From the IMG/VR virus record IMGVR_UViG_3300033121_001789, positions 45,853 to 109,852 of that record: 64,000 bases of DNA; one strand, written 5' to 3'. Numbering within the stretch: position 1 is the first letter of the stretch; each line of letters begins with the position of its first letter. Of this stretch, positions 37,580 to 48,600 are shown in pieces. This DNA is from a virus. Lineage: Duplodnaviria; Caudoviricetes. Under the pieces are notes generated by a model that did not search any database, was not told the DNA's origin, and saw nothing but the letters and a program-made list of their open reading frames with translations. A program made the position numbers and the translations under genes.

Positions 37580-37969
37580 ATGAAATCCACAATAGTAGAG
37601 ATAGACAAAAAATATTCTAAACTTGAGAATTTTAAAAAATTATTTGATAACGAAAAATCAGTTAAACGTGATTTTATAATTTCCAATCTACTAGGCGAAT
37701 CCGAAATTCAAATTATAACATCAATTTTGTGTGCGTTCTCAACTGACGAATATACAACTTTAATAACAGACACCGCATTAGTCATTAAAAAGATGAAATT
37801 TGATGTCGATAGTAATTATAATATTCTAAAATTGAATGTATATTTTGATATACTAAATAATAGAAATGGAAAATTAGTTAAAGAAATGATGAAGTATTCT
37901 GAATTAAAAATAAAACCAAAAATAGAACCATCTAGTTTCAATGTATTGGGATTTTATATATCCTTTTAG
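37580..37969 (+). CDS. hypothetical protein (internal RDxxI motif)
   Basis: KRDFIISNLLGE. Confidence 0.6.
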   Translation: MKSTIVEIDKKYSKLENFKKLFDNEKSVKRDFIISNLLGESEIQIITSILCAFSTDEYTTLITDTALVIKKMKFDVDSNYNILKLNVYFDILNNRNGKLVKEMMKYSELKIKPKIEPSSFNVLGFYISF

Positions 37970-39687
37970 AATTCGAATTCTCCGCCACCACCTGCTTCTT
38001 CTCCACCACCTTCTGTTCCAGCAGGGGGAGTTTCTGGCGACCCAGTATCTCCACCTCCGAATTCTCCACCAGTATCTCCACCTCCGAATTCTCCGCCGCC
38101 TCCAAATTCACCACCACCAGCTCCTTCCTCACCAGGAACTCCAGTTCCAGCACCAGCTGCCGCATCCTTAATCCAATATTTTTTGTTTTCTTCTTTTTCC
38201 TCGGGCGTTAACTTCAATACATGATCGATTAAATATTCAATATGAAAATATGGTTTACCATCAGGAGTTTGAATACCTGTTAATGTTCCAAGTATTTCTG
38301 CCTTCTTGTTAAGATTTCCTAACTTTTTCCATTCTTCAAATAATTGATTGGATAAGAATTGTATATCAACCTCATTTAAAAATTTTTCATCATCTTTTAA
38401 TTCCGGAAATTCAACCAACATCTGTAATTTAAGTGGCTTAACCACAATTTCTTTAAAATTAGCTCTCAATCTCATTACAAAATTTCCAAATTTAGCCTCA
38501 TCTCTTGTTATCTCTGATGCGTCAGAAAAAACATTACCACCACCATTCTCATCTGATTGAAATCTTTGCATAGGAATTCGAGAAGCTCTTTTTAAAATAT
38601 TAAAAAACCATTTTAAAATATCATCCTCATTTAAGTTATGACCAACACCACCTTGATTCATTATCTCAACTTGAGGAGTTCCACCCTCTCCCTCAGGAAA
38701 CCAAAATTGCTTATTGTAAGGTAGGTGTTTTTGACCATTGATTCTTAATGTACCAAGTGTGTCATCCCATTCTATTTCCTCAGAATAATCTTGTATTAAT
38801 TGACCTATTTGCTCTTCTGCTTTTTGACGACCCAATCCTTTAATTGGAATTGTAAATTTTTGATACAATGTCGCATTAATAATATTAAACATTATTTTTG
38901 TTTGCTCAATTATCTTAACCTGATTATATGGTTTTATTAATCCCTCGATGTAGGAAGTTTCAGAATAGTCATTTTGACTCGAATATGAAATGAAAACAAT
39001 TTGAGAATCTAAAAATATCCTTCTAAGTTGAGGATCCTCTGGATACTGAATCCAGAGATGACCAATAGAAGGTTCAAATGCCGGGACTAATGTTTCTGGG
39101 CGTAATCTATTAAATCCAATTATATTTTTCTTCTTATCGTCCCATATAATCTCTTGAGCAATGTATCCATCAATTAAAAAATCCTTCATCAACATCCAAG
39201 CACTAACAGAATCAGAAAATCCATATCTATTATAAATCTTTTCAAAATATTCTTGATATTTATCCTTTATATCCTGTGAATAGTCACTTGATAACATTTT
39301 AGGAGAACAGAAATCCTTATCACTATAAATAATACATTCATCACAAACAGTTGAAACAAAATCTCTTAATTCATCTTTTATTGAATATTCTCTTAATATT
39401 CTTCTTTTATCAGCATAACTCCTATCTAAGTATGGTATAGACTTTCTATTTAAAATTGAAGCAACAGCTCTTTTTGAAAAGAAATCATACATGGAATTTC
39501 CTTGTTGTGAATAGGGATCTTCATTTATACCAACACCAACTTGATTACGCATTATCATATCATCATATGCCATACCCCAAGTTGATAAATTTCTAAGAAT
39601 TCTTGAAAATAAACCACGGTTCTCAACCGCGCCATTCATGTTATATTGGAATTGCCCCTGATTATTATTAGGATTATAAGAAGCCAT
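37966..39687 (-). CDS. gp20: portal protein (T4 gp20-like) with Gly-rich tail
   Basis: FLIDG, KPYNQVKIIE, FWFP..EGG, DDILKWF...ASRIP..RF, EITRDEAKF..FV.RLR. Confidence 0.93.
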   Translation of the reverse strand: MASYNPNNNQGQFQYNMNGAVENRGLFSRILRNLSTWGMAYDDMIMRNQVGVGINEDPYSQQGNSMYDFFSKRAVASILNRKSIPYLDRSYADKRRILREYSIKDELRDFVSTVCDECIIYSDKDFCSPKMLSSDYSQDIKDKYQEYFEKIYNRYGFSDSVSAWMLMKDFLIDGYIAQEIIWDDKKKNIIGFNRLRPETLVPAFEPSIGHLWIQYPEDPQLRRIFLDSQIVFISYSSQNDYSETSYIEGLIKPYNQVKIIEQTKIMFNIINATLYQKFTIPIKGLGRQKAEEQIGQLIQDYSEEIEWDDTLGTLRINGQKHLPYNKQFWFPEGEGGTPQVEIMNQGGVGHNLNEDDILKWFFNILKRASRIPMQRFQSDENGGGNVFSDASEITRDEAKFGNFVMRLRANFKEIVVKPLKLQMLVEFPELKDDEKFLNEVDIQFLSNQLFEEWKKLGNLNKKAEILGTLTGIQTPDGKPYFHIEYLIDHVLKLTPEEKEENKKYWIKDAAAGAGTGVPGEEGAGGGEFGGGGEFGGGDTGGEFGGGDTGSPETPPAGTEGGGEEAGGGGEFEF

Positions 39688-39728
39688 AAATTTTTAAAAT
39701 TTTAAGTATATATAAAAAATCCGCCTCC

Positions 39729-40058
39729 CTATTCTTTTGGGAATTCATTTAGAAAAGATAATAACTCCTCTCTAAATGATTGGTAGCCGGGAACCCTGTT
39801 TAAATCATTGGTAAGTCCAGTAATAACCTTATCAACAATAACTTTACGGCTTTGTACTGCTCCGGGTCCTGATATATCAAATTCTTCGTCTCTTTTTTTC
39901 TTATCATCCATCAATTTAGGTAAATACTTACCAGATGTTTCTTTTCGAATTTTCTCTATTTGTTCACTCCTATCTTTATCAATTTCCCTTCTTAGATTAT
40001 TTTCGGCTTCTATTTGACCTCTATAATCCAAGTCCTCAAATGTTTTAATATGCTTCAT
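39729..40058 (-). CDS. hypothetical protein with CTS-like N-terminus
   Basis: MKHIKTFED. Confidence 0.7.
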   Translation of the reverse strand: MKHIKTFEDLDYRGQIEAENNLRREIDKDRSEQIEKIRKETSGKYLPKLMDDKKKRDEEFDISGPGAVQSRKVIVDKVITGLTNDLNRVPGYQSFREELLSFLNEFPKE

Positions 40059-40095
40059 AATATGATTAATTTTAATGTATATATTAACTTAAATT

Positions 40096-40791
40096 TTAAG
40101 ATTTTCCATATTTCTCATAACTATCCTGCAATCTCGATATATGCTCTTTTAATGCCTGATATTGATCAGATATTTCCTTATTAATTTCATAGAAATCGCT
40201 CAAAACTGAAGATATAATCTCACGATGTCTTTCTTCTTTAGTTTCTAACTTGGTTTTCCATATTTCTAATAATTTTTTTGGATCATATGTATTTTTTGGA
40301 TAAGAAGAATATAGAAACCTAGGAAGTAAATTTAAATCTATTTGATGTATAATCTTAATTTGTGCAACGTTATATTCCTGAATTGAATAATCAAATCCAT
40401 ATCTTAATAATTCAGAATACATTCCTTTAAAATCAACTTCCAAAATATCATTATTTTTCATGTTATTCTCTGTAATAAATTTATCAAAAATAGAAACTCG
40501 CAATTCGAGTGGGATAAAATTAAAATTAACACCAAGTATAACTATCATATTCTTAAATCTTCTATAATCGCAACAAAAAATTGGAGACCATCTCATCCAA
40601 TTAGAATCGTCGAGATAATGTAAAAAATAAAATCTACCGACTTGTATATCCTCCTTATTAATTGATAAACAGTCTTTATCAGATTTTTTATATTTTTCAT
40701 ACATGTGTGATGTATTCTTTCGATAGAAATCAACAATGTCTCTTCCAAAAACTTTCTGATCCAGTTCCAATTTATCTTTTAGAGCTCCCAT
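40096..40791 (-). CDS. DNA end protector (T4 gp2-like)
   Basis: GRFYFLHY...WSPIF...LGVNFNFIP..LR; divergent from gp4. Confidence 0.6.
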   Translation of the reverse strand: MGALKDKLELDQKVFGRDIVDFYRKNTSHMYEKYKKSDKDCLSINKEDIQVGRFYFLHYLDDSNWMRWSPIFCCDYRRFKNMIVILGVNFNFIPLELRVSIFDKFITENNMKNNDILEVDFKGMYSELLRYGFDYSIQEYNVAQIKIIHQIDLNLLPRFLYSSYPKNTYDPKKLLEIWKTKLETKEERHREIISSVLSDFYEINKEISDQYQALKEHISRLQDSYEKYGKS

Positions 40792-40809
40792 AAGAATATA
40801 TATAAATAT

Positions 40810-41346
40810 ATGATAAATTCAACTCCAAATAATTCTAATTACCATCAAGGAAATTTTATTCCAAAAAATAAAGAAAAAGTAATCAAATTAAACTCCAAAG
40901 GAGGTGTTTACTACCGAAGCTCTTGGGAGTTAAAAATAATGACATGGTTAGATATAAATTCAAAAATAACTAAATGGGGAGCAGAATGTATTAGTATACC
41001 ATATCAATTAACACACTTTTCAAAAAATGGAGATATAGATATTAAGAGTCATAACTATTATCCAGATTTCTATTATGAACTATATGATGGTGAGACACTG
41101 AAAAAGGTAATAGCCGAAGTGAAACCAATGAAAGAATATCTGATGGTACAAAAAATACAAAACTCACAAGTTTCTATTCCTGAAAATGCAAGCATGAAAA
41201 AAATGAAAAATTTAGAATATGATATGAAAATGGCACATAAAAATAAAAATAAATGGGAAACAATGATTAAATTTTGTGACAAAAAAGGGTGGGAATTTAT
41301 AATAATAACCGAAGATATACTTAAAAAGATGGGTATGTTATCGTAA
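40810..41346 (+). CDS. gp4: head completion nuclease (T4 gp4-like)
   Basis: YHQG.F.PKN..K, YRSSWE, WGAE...IPY, YYPDF, EVKP, KW...F.IITE. Confidence 0.88.
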   Translation: MINSTPNNSNYHQGNFIPKNKEKVIKLNSKGGVYYRSSWELKIMTWLDINSKITKWGAECISIPYQLTHFSKNGDIDIKSHNYYPDFYYELYDGETLKKVIAEVKPMKEYLMVQKIQNSQVSIPENASMKKMKNLEYDMKMAHKNKNKWETMIKFCDKKGWEFIIITEDILKKMGMLS

Positions 41347-41650
41347 TCAATCCTAAAATTTTAATAGATGAGTATATCATTTCTATAAAATGTATTCTCT
41401 TATATTTATACCTTATAATGGATATTAATATCCATATAGATATAAAAAATAATGAAAATTTATAATTTGAAAAAAGTAATATTATTACCCAAAATGGGTA
41501 TATTAATTCTATAACATAATATAGAATATCTACCAATATAAAAGTTTTGCTACTATATCTTTTTAATTTTCCTTCAATTCCATCTTCCAGATGTGAATAG
41601 TTCAGTATAAAATATAAAGTTGAAATTATAAATAGAATCGGAAAAAACAT
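41321..41650 (-). CDS. small multi-pass membrane protein
   Basis: Highly hydrophobic 109-aa ORF. Confidence 0.55.
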   Translation of the reverse strand: MFFPILFIISTLYFILNYSHLEDGIEGKLKRYSSKTFILVDILYYVIELIYPFWVIILLFSNYKFSLFFISIWILISIIRYKYKRIHFIEMIYSSIKILGLITITYPSF

Positions 41651-41667
41651 ACTTCAAAAATATTTTT

Positions 41668-42033
41668 CTACAAAGAATGTAATCCATGTCCATCATTTGA
41701 TCCCTCTAGTGATATTAACTTAACTAAATTATCAGAATCTCCTTTCTTCTTATATAATTCATTAAATCCCTTAGCTATACCTCTCTTAAAAACTTCAGTA
41801 AAGTAAGCAAAAGCATTTACAGATTTTTCCTCATTAAAATTATACCAATTTTGATACATGTCCAATAGTCCAGATTGATAACAATCAAGCTTATCATCAT
41901 TGTTCCAGTATCTCATTTTTTTTATTGTTTCCTTTCCGAGGATTTCTAACATTTTTTCTGCTTTTCGGGTTAATTTTCCCTGTGATTTCGAAACTAAAAT
42001 TTCGACATACAAATCTCTGTTATTTAAATACAT
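41668..42033 (-). CDS. late sigma factor, T4 gp55-like (short)
   Basis: YLNNRDLY..., D...G...NF.EEKS.NAFAYFTE. Confidence 0.75.
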   Translation of the reverse strand: MYLNNRDLYVEILVSKSQGKLTRKAEKMLEILGKETIKKMRYWNNDDKLDCYQSGLLDMYQNWYNFNEEKSVNAFAYFTEVFKRGIAKGFNELYKKKGDSDNLVKLISLEGSNDGHGLHSL

Positions 42034-42094
42034 TAATAAGATTAATTTTTGCCTTTTTAAGGTTTCATGTTATATGAAATCTTATATACATAAG

Positions 42095-42130
42095 TTTAAA
42101 AAACCTCGAAAAATTTCGAGGTTTTTTAAA
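42095..42130. terminator. intrinsic terminator
   Basis: TTTAAAAAACCTCGAAA-AA-TTTCGAGGTTTTTTAAA. Confidence 0.85.
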
Positions 42131-43411
42131 TTAGATTTTTACTTTATCGTTGGATTGTATTTCTTTAACAGCCAGTAATTCATTATCTAATACTCCTGCT
42201 CTTTTTTCCAGATTAGTTAAAGCTTCTTTTAAAATTTTTGTATTTCCTAATATTTGCATAGAAGATTTTATTTTACTTATATTGAATTTAACATCTTCTA
42301 ATTTCAATGTTATTTCTCTTTCTTTATCTTCTAATTTCTTTCTTGTAACTATTTCTTTATTTAATTTATTTTCATAAAAATATGTCAAATCATAATTTAA
42401 TTCATTTCGAACCTCGTTAACAAGTTCGATGGCAGATTCATATTTAAAAAATGAATATCCGTATCTCTCATCACAACGATAAATAAATAAATTATTTTTA
42501 TAATTGAAAGCATAAACCTCCAAAGTTGGGTTTATAAGATTAGTAACTCTTTTAACAACATCTAATTCAACGAAACTATCTAAGTTGTTGTGAACTTCCA
42601 TAATTAATGGATAGAAATTTTTATTTACAATTGGTATAATTGGAGACGAAAAAATGTTTTCTAATGTAGATTCCTCATTTAATTCATCCTCATTTATATA
42701 TAGACTTCCGTTGGAAACTCCCAACCCAACTGTCAAATATTCAGATATTCTGAAATCAATTCTCGATTCCGAAATAACACAATATTGTAAAGCTGTTTGT
42801 AATGTTCTTAGACATCTAAATCTTTCTTCATCCTTAACATGATTTTCAAGTAATGTTTTTTCTATAACACCATCCGTTAAAATGAACCAAGAATCTTTTA
42901 TAAAAGATAAATGACCATCCTCAACCTGTTCAACAATGGTATATACAGATTCTGCCTTACCACCATTTAATAAGTTATTTCTCTTTTCAGGGGATTTAGT
43001 TAAATTATGAACAAATAATTTTATTTCTGGAACCCAGTCATATATTGCCAATTCGTTTAATATTTTTGAAAGTCTATCTTGATCTGTTTCAAGGTTTATA
43101 GTCTGTAATAAAACATTTATTGGTTGACGATAAAGTTCTCCTTGGTTTTTAGTATTTAAAACATTATACAAACTTTTTAATTCATATAATAATTGATATT
43201 GAGCGACATCATTGTTAAGACTTTCCAAGAATAACTTAACATCCTTATCATAAGTAAATGGTGTCAATCTTTCATTAAGTGATTGAATAATTTGCTTTTC
43301 TGCAAAATCAACATAATTATTAAGAAAGCCCTCAATAATATAAGACACGTCAGACTGATCAAAAGTTAGTGACTTTTTAAAGTTGAAAAGCTCAAGTTTT
43401 AGATTCTTCAT
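42131..43411 (-). CDS. hypothetical protein, probably virion/late
   Basis: 426 aa with C-terminal coiled coil; late-promoter-like motif upstream. Confidence 0.7.
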   Translation of the reverse strand: MKNLKLELFNFKKSLTFDQSDVSYIIEGFLNNYVDFAEKQIIQSLNERLTPFTYDKDVKLFLESLNNDVAQYQLLYELKSLYNVLNTKNQGELYRQPINVLLQTINLETDQDRLSKILNELAIYDWVPEIKLFVHNLTKSPEKRNNLLNGGKAESVYTIVEQVEDGHLSFIKDSWFILTDGVIEKTLLENHVKDEERFRCLRTLQTALQYCVISESRIDFRISEYLTVGLGVSNGSLYINEDELNEESTLENIFSSPIIPIVNKNFYPLIMEVHNNLDSFVELDVVKRVTNLINPTLEVYAFNYKNNLFIYRCDERYGYSFFKYESAIELVNEVRNELNYDLTYFYENKLNKEIVTRKKLEDKEREITLKLEDVKFNISKIKSSMQILGNTKILKEALTNLEKRAGVLDNELLAVKEIQSNDKVKI

Positions 43412-43477
43412 ATATTAAAAATATTTTTTTTATATACTATATATTACATATAAAATGTCACTTTTAGTCACTTTTTA

Positions 43478-44248
43478 TTATGAATTATTAGATAAATTAT
43501 TATTACTATTTGTATTATTCGGAAAAGGACTTTTCGTTCTAAGTGAAATAATATTGTTAAACCACTTTGTCCTAAAAGGCTTTATTTCTTCACCATCATT
43601 TACAATAAATGACGGATAGAAAGTCTGTACTTCTAAAGATGCAGTTATCTTTATTGTATTATCAGATTTTAGATTTTTTTCTCGAACAATCTCAATTCCT
43701 GTATTGTCAGGTTGTGTCATAACAGCATCAATATTCATATAATTATGTTCAAAGTACATAAATTTATATAACCACAACGTATTCATAACTGACTGCGAAC
43801 ACTTAAAAACATCAACCTCTGATTTGAGCAAAATTACCAAATCATATGTGGCAGTGATAGGTATTGCTCTAACTTTATTTAATGTTCTACGAACCTCTAC
43901 ATTGTCCTCTGTGACATTTCTAAGCCAAACATTTGGATTTCTAAACTCATCCGATCTTATAACCCAATTTGTAAGAGTAATGTGTCCTCTTGGAATTATA
44001 TCCGTATTAAGATCAACAAATCTATTTGAGGAAACTACATCATCACTAAAGCTGTCCAATAGGAATCTCTCATCACCCGTCATTGAATAATAAAAGGGAA
44101 CTAAAACATCAACATCACCAGAGGAAAATCGATTTTTCCACTTAACACGTCCTTCCAATGTATCCAATACACACATTGTTAAATCTCTGAGGAAAACCTC
44201 ATCATAATTAAACTTATCTCCTATCATTACCCTATATATTAAAACCAT
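43478..44248 (-). CDS. tail terminator / sheath stabilizer (gp15-like)
   Basis: VPFYY...ERF, IPRG, AIPITATYDL; true start probably MIGDKF. Confidence 0.65.
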   Translation of the reverse strand: MVLIYRVMIGDKFNYDEVFLRDLTMCVLDTLEGRVKWKNRFSSGDVDVLVPFYYSMTGDERFLLDSFSDDVVSSNRFVDLNTDIIPRGHITLTNWVIRSDEFRNPNVWLRNVTEDNVEVRRTLNKVRAIPITATYDLVILLKSEVDVFKCSQSVMNTLWLYKFMYFEHNYMNIDAVMTQPDNTGIEIVREKNLKSDNTIKITASLEVQTFYPSFIVNDGEEIKPFRTKWFNNIISLRTKSPFPNNTNSNNNLSNNS

Positions 44249-44273
44249 TCTCTACCAAAAAAATATAATATAG

Positions 44274-45233
44274 ATGGAAATTAACAATTTACTACTCTGG
44301 GAGAAATATCGACCAAGAAATATCAACGAAATTATACTACCTGAAAGAATTAAGAAAAATTTTCATTTGGGTGTTAATAAAAATTATATTTTCTACGGAA
44401 ATTATGGAACGGGCAAAACATCACTAGCTAGGATATTAATTGGTAAATACTCAAAGGATAAGGCTTATCTTGAAATAAACTCATCACTATATACATCAAT
44501 TGATACTCTACGAAGCGAAATAGAGAAATTTTGCAAAACTGTTCCTATCTTTGAATCTGAAGATCCACTTAAATATATTTTTTTAGACGAGTTTGAAAGG
44601 GTTTCTCCACAATATCAAGATGCATTAAAAGCATTTATTGAACAGTATCATAAAAATGTTCGATTTATATTAACAACTAACCATTTTAACAAAATATCTG
44701 ATGGGATTAAATCAAGATTTACATCAATAAATTTTGACTGTGATGCGACAGAGGAAAAGCAAGTCAAAACGGATATCTATAAAAGAATAATGGATGATAT
44801 TGTTTTAAAAGAAGAGATTAAAATTGAAAAAGATTTATTGATATCAATAATTAATAAAAAATTTCCAGATATAAGATCAATATTCGTCGAACTTCAAAAT
44901 ATTAAAGATACTGGTTCTGCGTCCAACACACAAACTATAAATACTAAACTAAAATTAGATACTTATAATATAATATACGATAAATCAGCAACTTATGAGG
45001 ATATCTATCATTTTCTGATGACATCATATGGTCCCGAAAAAATAGATTCCTTATTTCAAATATTGGGAAAATATTTTATCGAATGGTCAATAAAAGAAAA
45101 GAAAAACATTAATAATTTATTTAAGTGTAATTATGTAATATCCGACTACAGATCAAAATTGGAATCTCAAACCGATCCTATTATTTTAGGAATGACAGTA
45201 ATTGGCAAATTTCGAGATATATTGAATTCTTAA
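44274..45233 (+). CDS. gp44: clamp loader subunit (gp44/RFC small)
   Basis: LWEKYRP, GNYGTGKT, FLDEFE, RFILTTN, SRF, FPDIR. Confidence 0.92.
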   Translation: MEINNLLLWEKYRPRNINEIILPERIKKNFHLGVNKNYIFYGNYGTGKTSLARILIGKYSKDKAYLEINSSLYTSIDTLRSEIEKFCKTVPIFESEDPLKYIFLDEFERVSPQYQDALKAFIEQYHKNVRFILTTNHFNKISDGIKSRFTSINFDCDATEEKQVKTDIYKRIMDDIVLKEEIKIEKDLLISIINKKFPDIRSIFVELQNIKDTGSASNTQTINTKLKLDTYNIIYDKSATYEDIYHFLMTSYGPEKIDSLFQILGKYFIEWSIKEKKNINNLFKCNYVISDYRSKLESQTDPIILGMTVIGKFRDILNS

Positions 45234-45245
45234 TATATATAAGAT

Positions 45246-45623
45246 ATGGCAGAATTTGATTTTAAAGATATTTATATCGGATATAAAGGACATCCAAAAT
45301 TTAGTATAAATAAAATTATTGTAGATGATATAATAAGAACAATTGTTCAAAAATATGAAATGATTTTATTTACTAATAAAGGAGATCTTTTAGGAGATCC
45401 AGATTTTGGATGTGATATACAAAATTTACTATATCAGACAAAAATATCAGCATATGCAGTAAAGAATATAATTATAAATCAGATAAACACATATATACCT
45501 GAATTATCCAGTATCAACTACTCTCTTGAAGTATTATTTGAGGAGGATCCTGAAAATTTTCAAGATGTTATGATAATTAATTTCACAATAGCTGATTATG
45601 AAGTTAATGCTATTATATCTTAA
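45246..45623 (+). CDS. gp25: baseplate wedge protein gp25-like
   Basis: LFTNKGD..GDPDFGC...I..YIP. Confidence 0.8.
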   Translation: MAEFDFKDIYIGYKGHPKFSINKIIVDDIIRTIVQKYEMILFTNKGDLLGDPDFGCDIQNLLYQTKISAYAVKNIIINQINTYIPELSSINYSLEVLFEEDPENFQDVMIINFTIADYEVNAIIS

Positions 45624-48600
45624 GGTCTAACTGTTGACAATACAATATCGTTATATCTTTTAGAAGTTAGATTAGTATAAGATTCCAATTCTCGTATATC
45701 TAATATTCCACGAATTTCATAGTTTTTCTTATCCCTATAAATAGCACCATATCCATTTTGTGATGTTACCTCAATAACTAAATATGGATCTATATTAGAA
45801 TCAATAGTAAAATTGAAGGAATATAAATTATCAATATACCTACGCTCAACTATTTTTTGAATTGGAACCAAATCAATTTCCTTCCACTCCGTTATATTTA
45901 TCCAATTATTGCTATCAACAAAAGGAGTAATTACTGAATATGTAATCGAATCAAGTCCGGAATATATGTAAAAATTACTATCATACTTTACCACATCAGA
46001 AACATTATATAATGTTCCATAATTCCAATTGGAAATATCTTCATACTTTCGAGGATTATTTGTTTGATTATTATCTATAACTGATTCATAAACCTTATCA
46101 TAATAAATTACTCTATCACCTATCATGTAGTTTTTAAATGGATACCACTCTCGATATATCTCATATGTTCTAATATTTACATCATACATATCTGGCAATG
46201 ATTGTGTTGATGATATATAAAAATCTAAAACGCAGTTATAAACTGTCGATCCATTATTAACAGGCATAAGATATAATTCATTCAGCTTAAATGAAACAGG
46301 TGTAAATTCCTCTGTCGTTTTTATGATCTTCACATCACGAACAATATGACCAATGGATGTTGAGTGTACAAAATCCGCTCTTCCTGTTATATCCAATATC
46401 TTATGTGTTATTGGTATAATATTTTTCTGCAACCAATACTTCAAACCCTGCAATTTTATCTGAACCTCTTCTAAAGAATATGTCAATAGATTATTACCCT
46501 CTCTATCCGTAATTCTATATGTTAGATTAAATAAATTGGTGTCCTCATAATTATCATTTGGGAATACATGTTTAATAAAATCATTATCTGTCCAACCCTC
46601 GACAGTATTATCAAATATATCAGGTATCTCCACTTTAAATAGTTTTCGATAGTTCGAAGATATATAATTTATATTTCTATAATACTCATTTAATTCTAGG
46701 TCATTATACCCAAAATAATTAATAGCGTTAATGATTGATTTATAACTACCAACATAAGGATAAATTAAATTTTTCATCATCATCATTTCCTTTCGTTTAC
46801 GATTCAGATATGTCCAATCAATCCCCTCTTCTTTAATATCATACTCTTTGAAGATATAAACATCATCAGATGATATCAACTTACCGACATTTCCTAATTC
46901 CGTTTCAAATCTTATATCTTCTATCTCAGTTTGTCCATATAAATTAAATCTTCCCAATTCCCTATCCCAAATCTTAAATCGAACAGATAAATATGTTGTG
47001 CTTCCAGATTTTGGATAATCAGATATAATTGTAGTTTCTGAATCAAATCTATCAACAGATTTAAAAAAGTCCACTTTTATTGATTTAAAAAACACCTCTC
47101 TTATTCTAACTAAATATCCATTATTATTAGAGATATACTGTTTTCTATTGTTGGACTCATCTTTTATAAAAATAGCCAAGTGTTGTCCAGGTCTAAATCC
47201 TCTATAATTACCCAAATCATCTGTTATGAAATTGCTACTTGACATTAAACCTAATTTAATAAGTCCATATCTATCATTACCATCTAAAACAGTCTCAAAT
47301 GAAATTTCATTTGTAGAATCTAATAAAGTATTAATTGAGAAGTCAATGTCTTCTTTTAAATAAAGTTGAAGAATACTTCTTATTCCTCCCTCCATTTGTG
47401 AATTAAACCCAATAAATGTTTCTATTGGTTCTGGTACGGATGATGTGTCCTCATCATCATCAAAATAATTTAATCTGTGTCCAATAACCGGGAAAATTGT
47501 TTGTTGATATTCTGGATCATTTACTTTTTCCAAATTTCGATTGGCGTTTCTATTTAGATAAACAGTTGTTAATGGCTTTGGGCCGGTATAAGCCAAAACA
47601 CCATCAGTTGGTAATAAATCTCCTGAAAAATCATATAAGAAAAATTCAGGAACGTTATCTGAAAACCATTTCCAATAAAGAGATGCTTCTGGATATCCTA
47701 CATAATTATATCTCGGTCTTCTAATGAAGTCTTTGGTATGCAACCAAAGATAGTTCCTGTGCGTATAATCAGGTGACAAACTACCATAATTATTCTCCTC
47801 CATATATGAGTATGTAGGTGTTATATTATAAAAAGAGAAATCTACAATCGGAACAACTTCAATAATAGTATTTGTATTTGGTTGTATAGCCCATATGCTA
47901 TTTCTATCAGGGTTATAAATCATTTGTGTTGTTGGATTACCAACAGGTAGTACAATTATTTCAGTAATATTGCCAGTATATCCATCAAATACCCATATTC
48001 CTGGTAAAGTTGGATCTTGATTTGATAGATAAGTATCACCATCATACATATTTATTTGAAGATATCCCCATATACTTGAAAATGAGTGATTAAATAAATA
48101 GGTATCTGTTGAATCATCCAATAGACTAAATTGTGGAGAATCCGTTGATATATTAATACCAGACTGCAAATTATTAAAAATAATATTATTAAATGAAGAT
48201 GATGATATTAATATTGTTGAAACGATACCATATTGAATTTTATTTAGATTTGTTCCCCAAACATAAATTGATTGTGTTATATTATCATATACCATTATAT
48301 CTGATGTCAATCCGGTTATTACATATATGACACTAATTGAAAGACTCATACCATCAATTCTCAATACAGAAGATCCATCTCGACAACTAACATACATATC
48401 ACCATCATACTCATTAAAAATTAAATTATAGGAACCAGAATAAGGTATTGTCGAAATGGTAGATATTAATACTCCAAGATTAAATATCTTAACATTTTGA
48501 TCTGTTGATACATAAATATATCCAGTATTTTTATCATATGCTAAGCTATAGGCGTCTTCGGCTATTGAAATTGAGTTAACAACAATATTAGAAAATGGGT

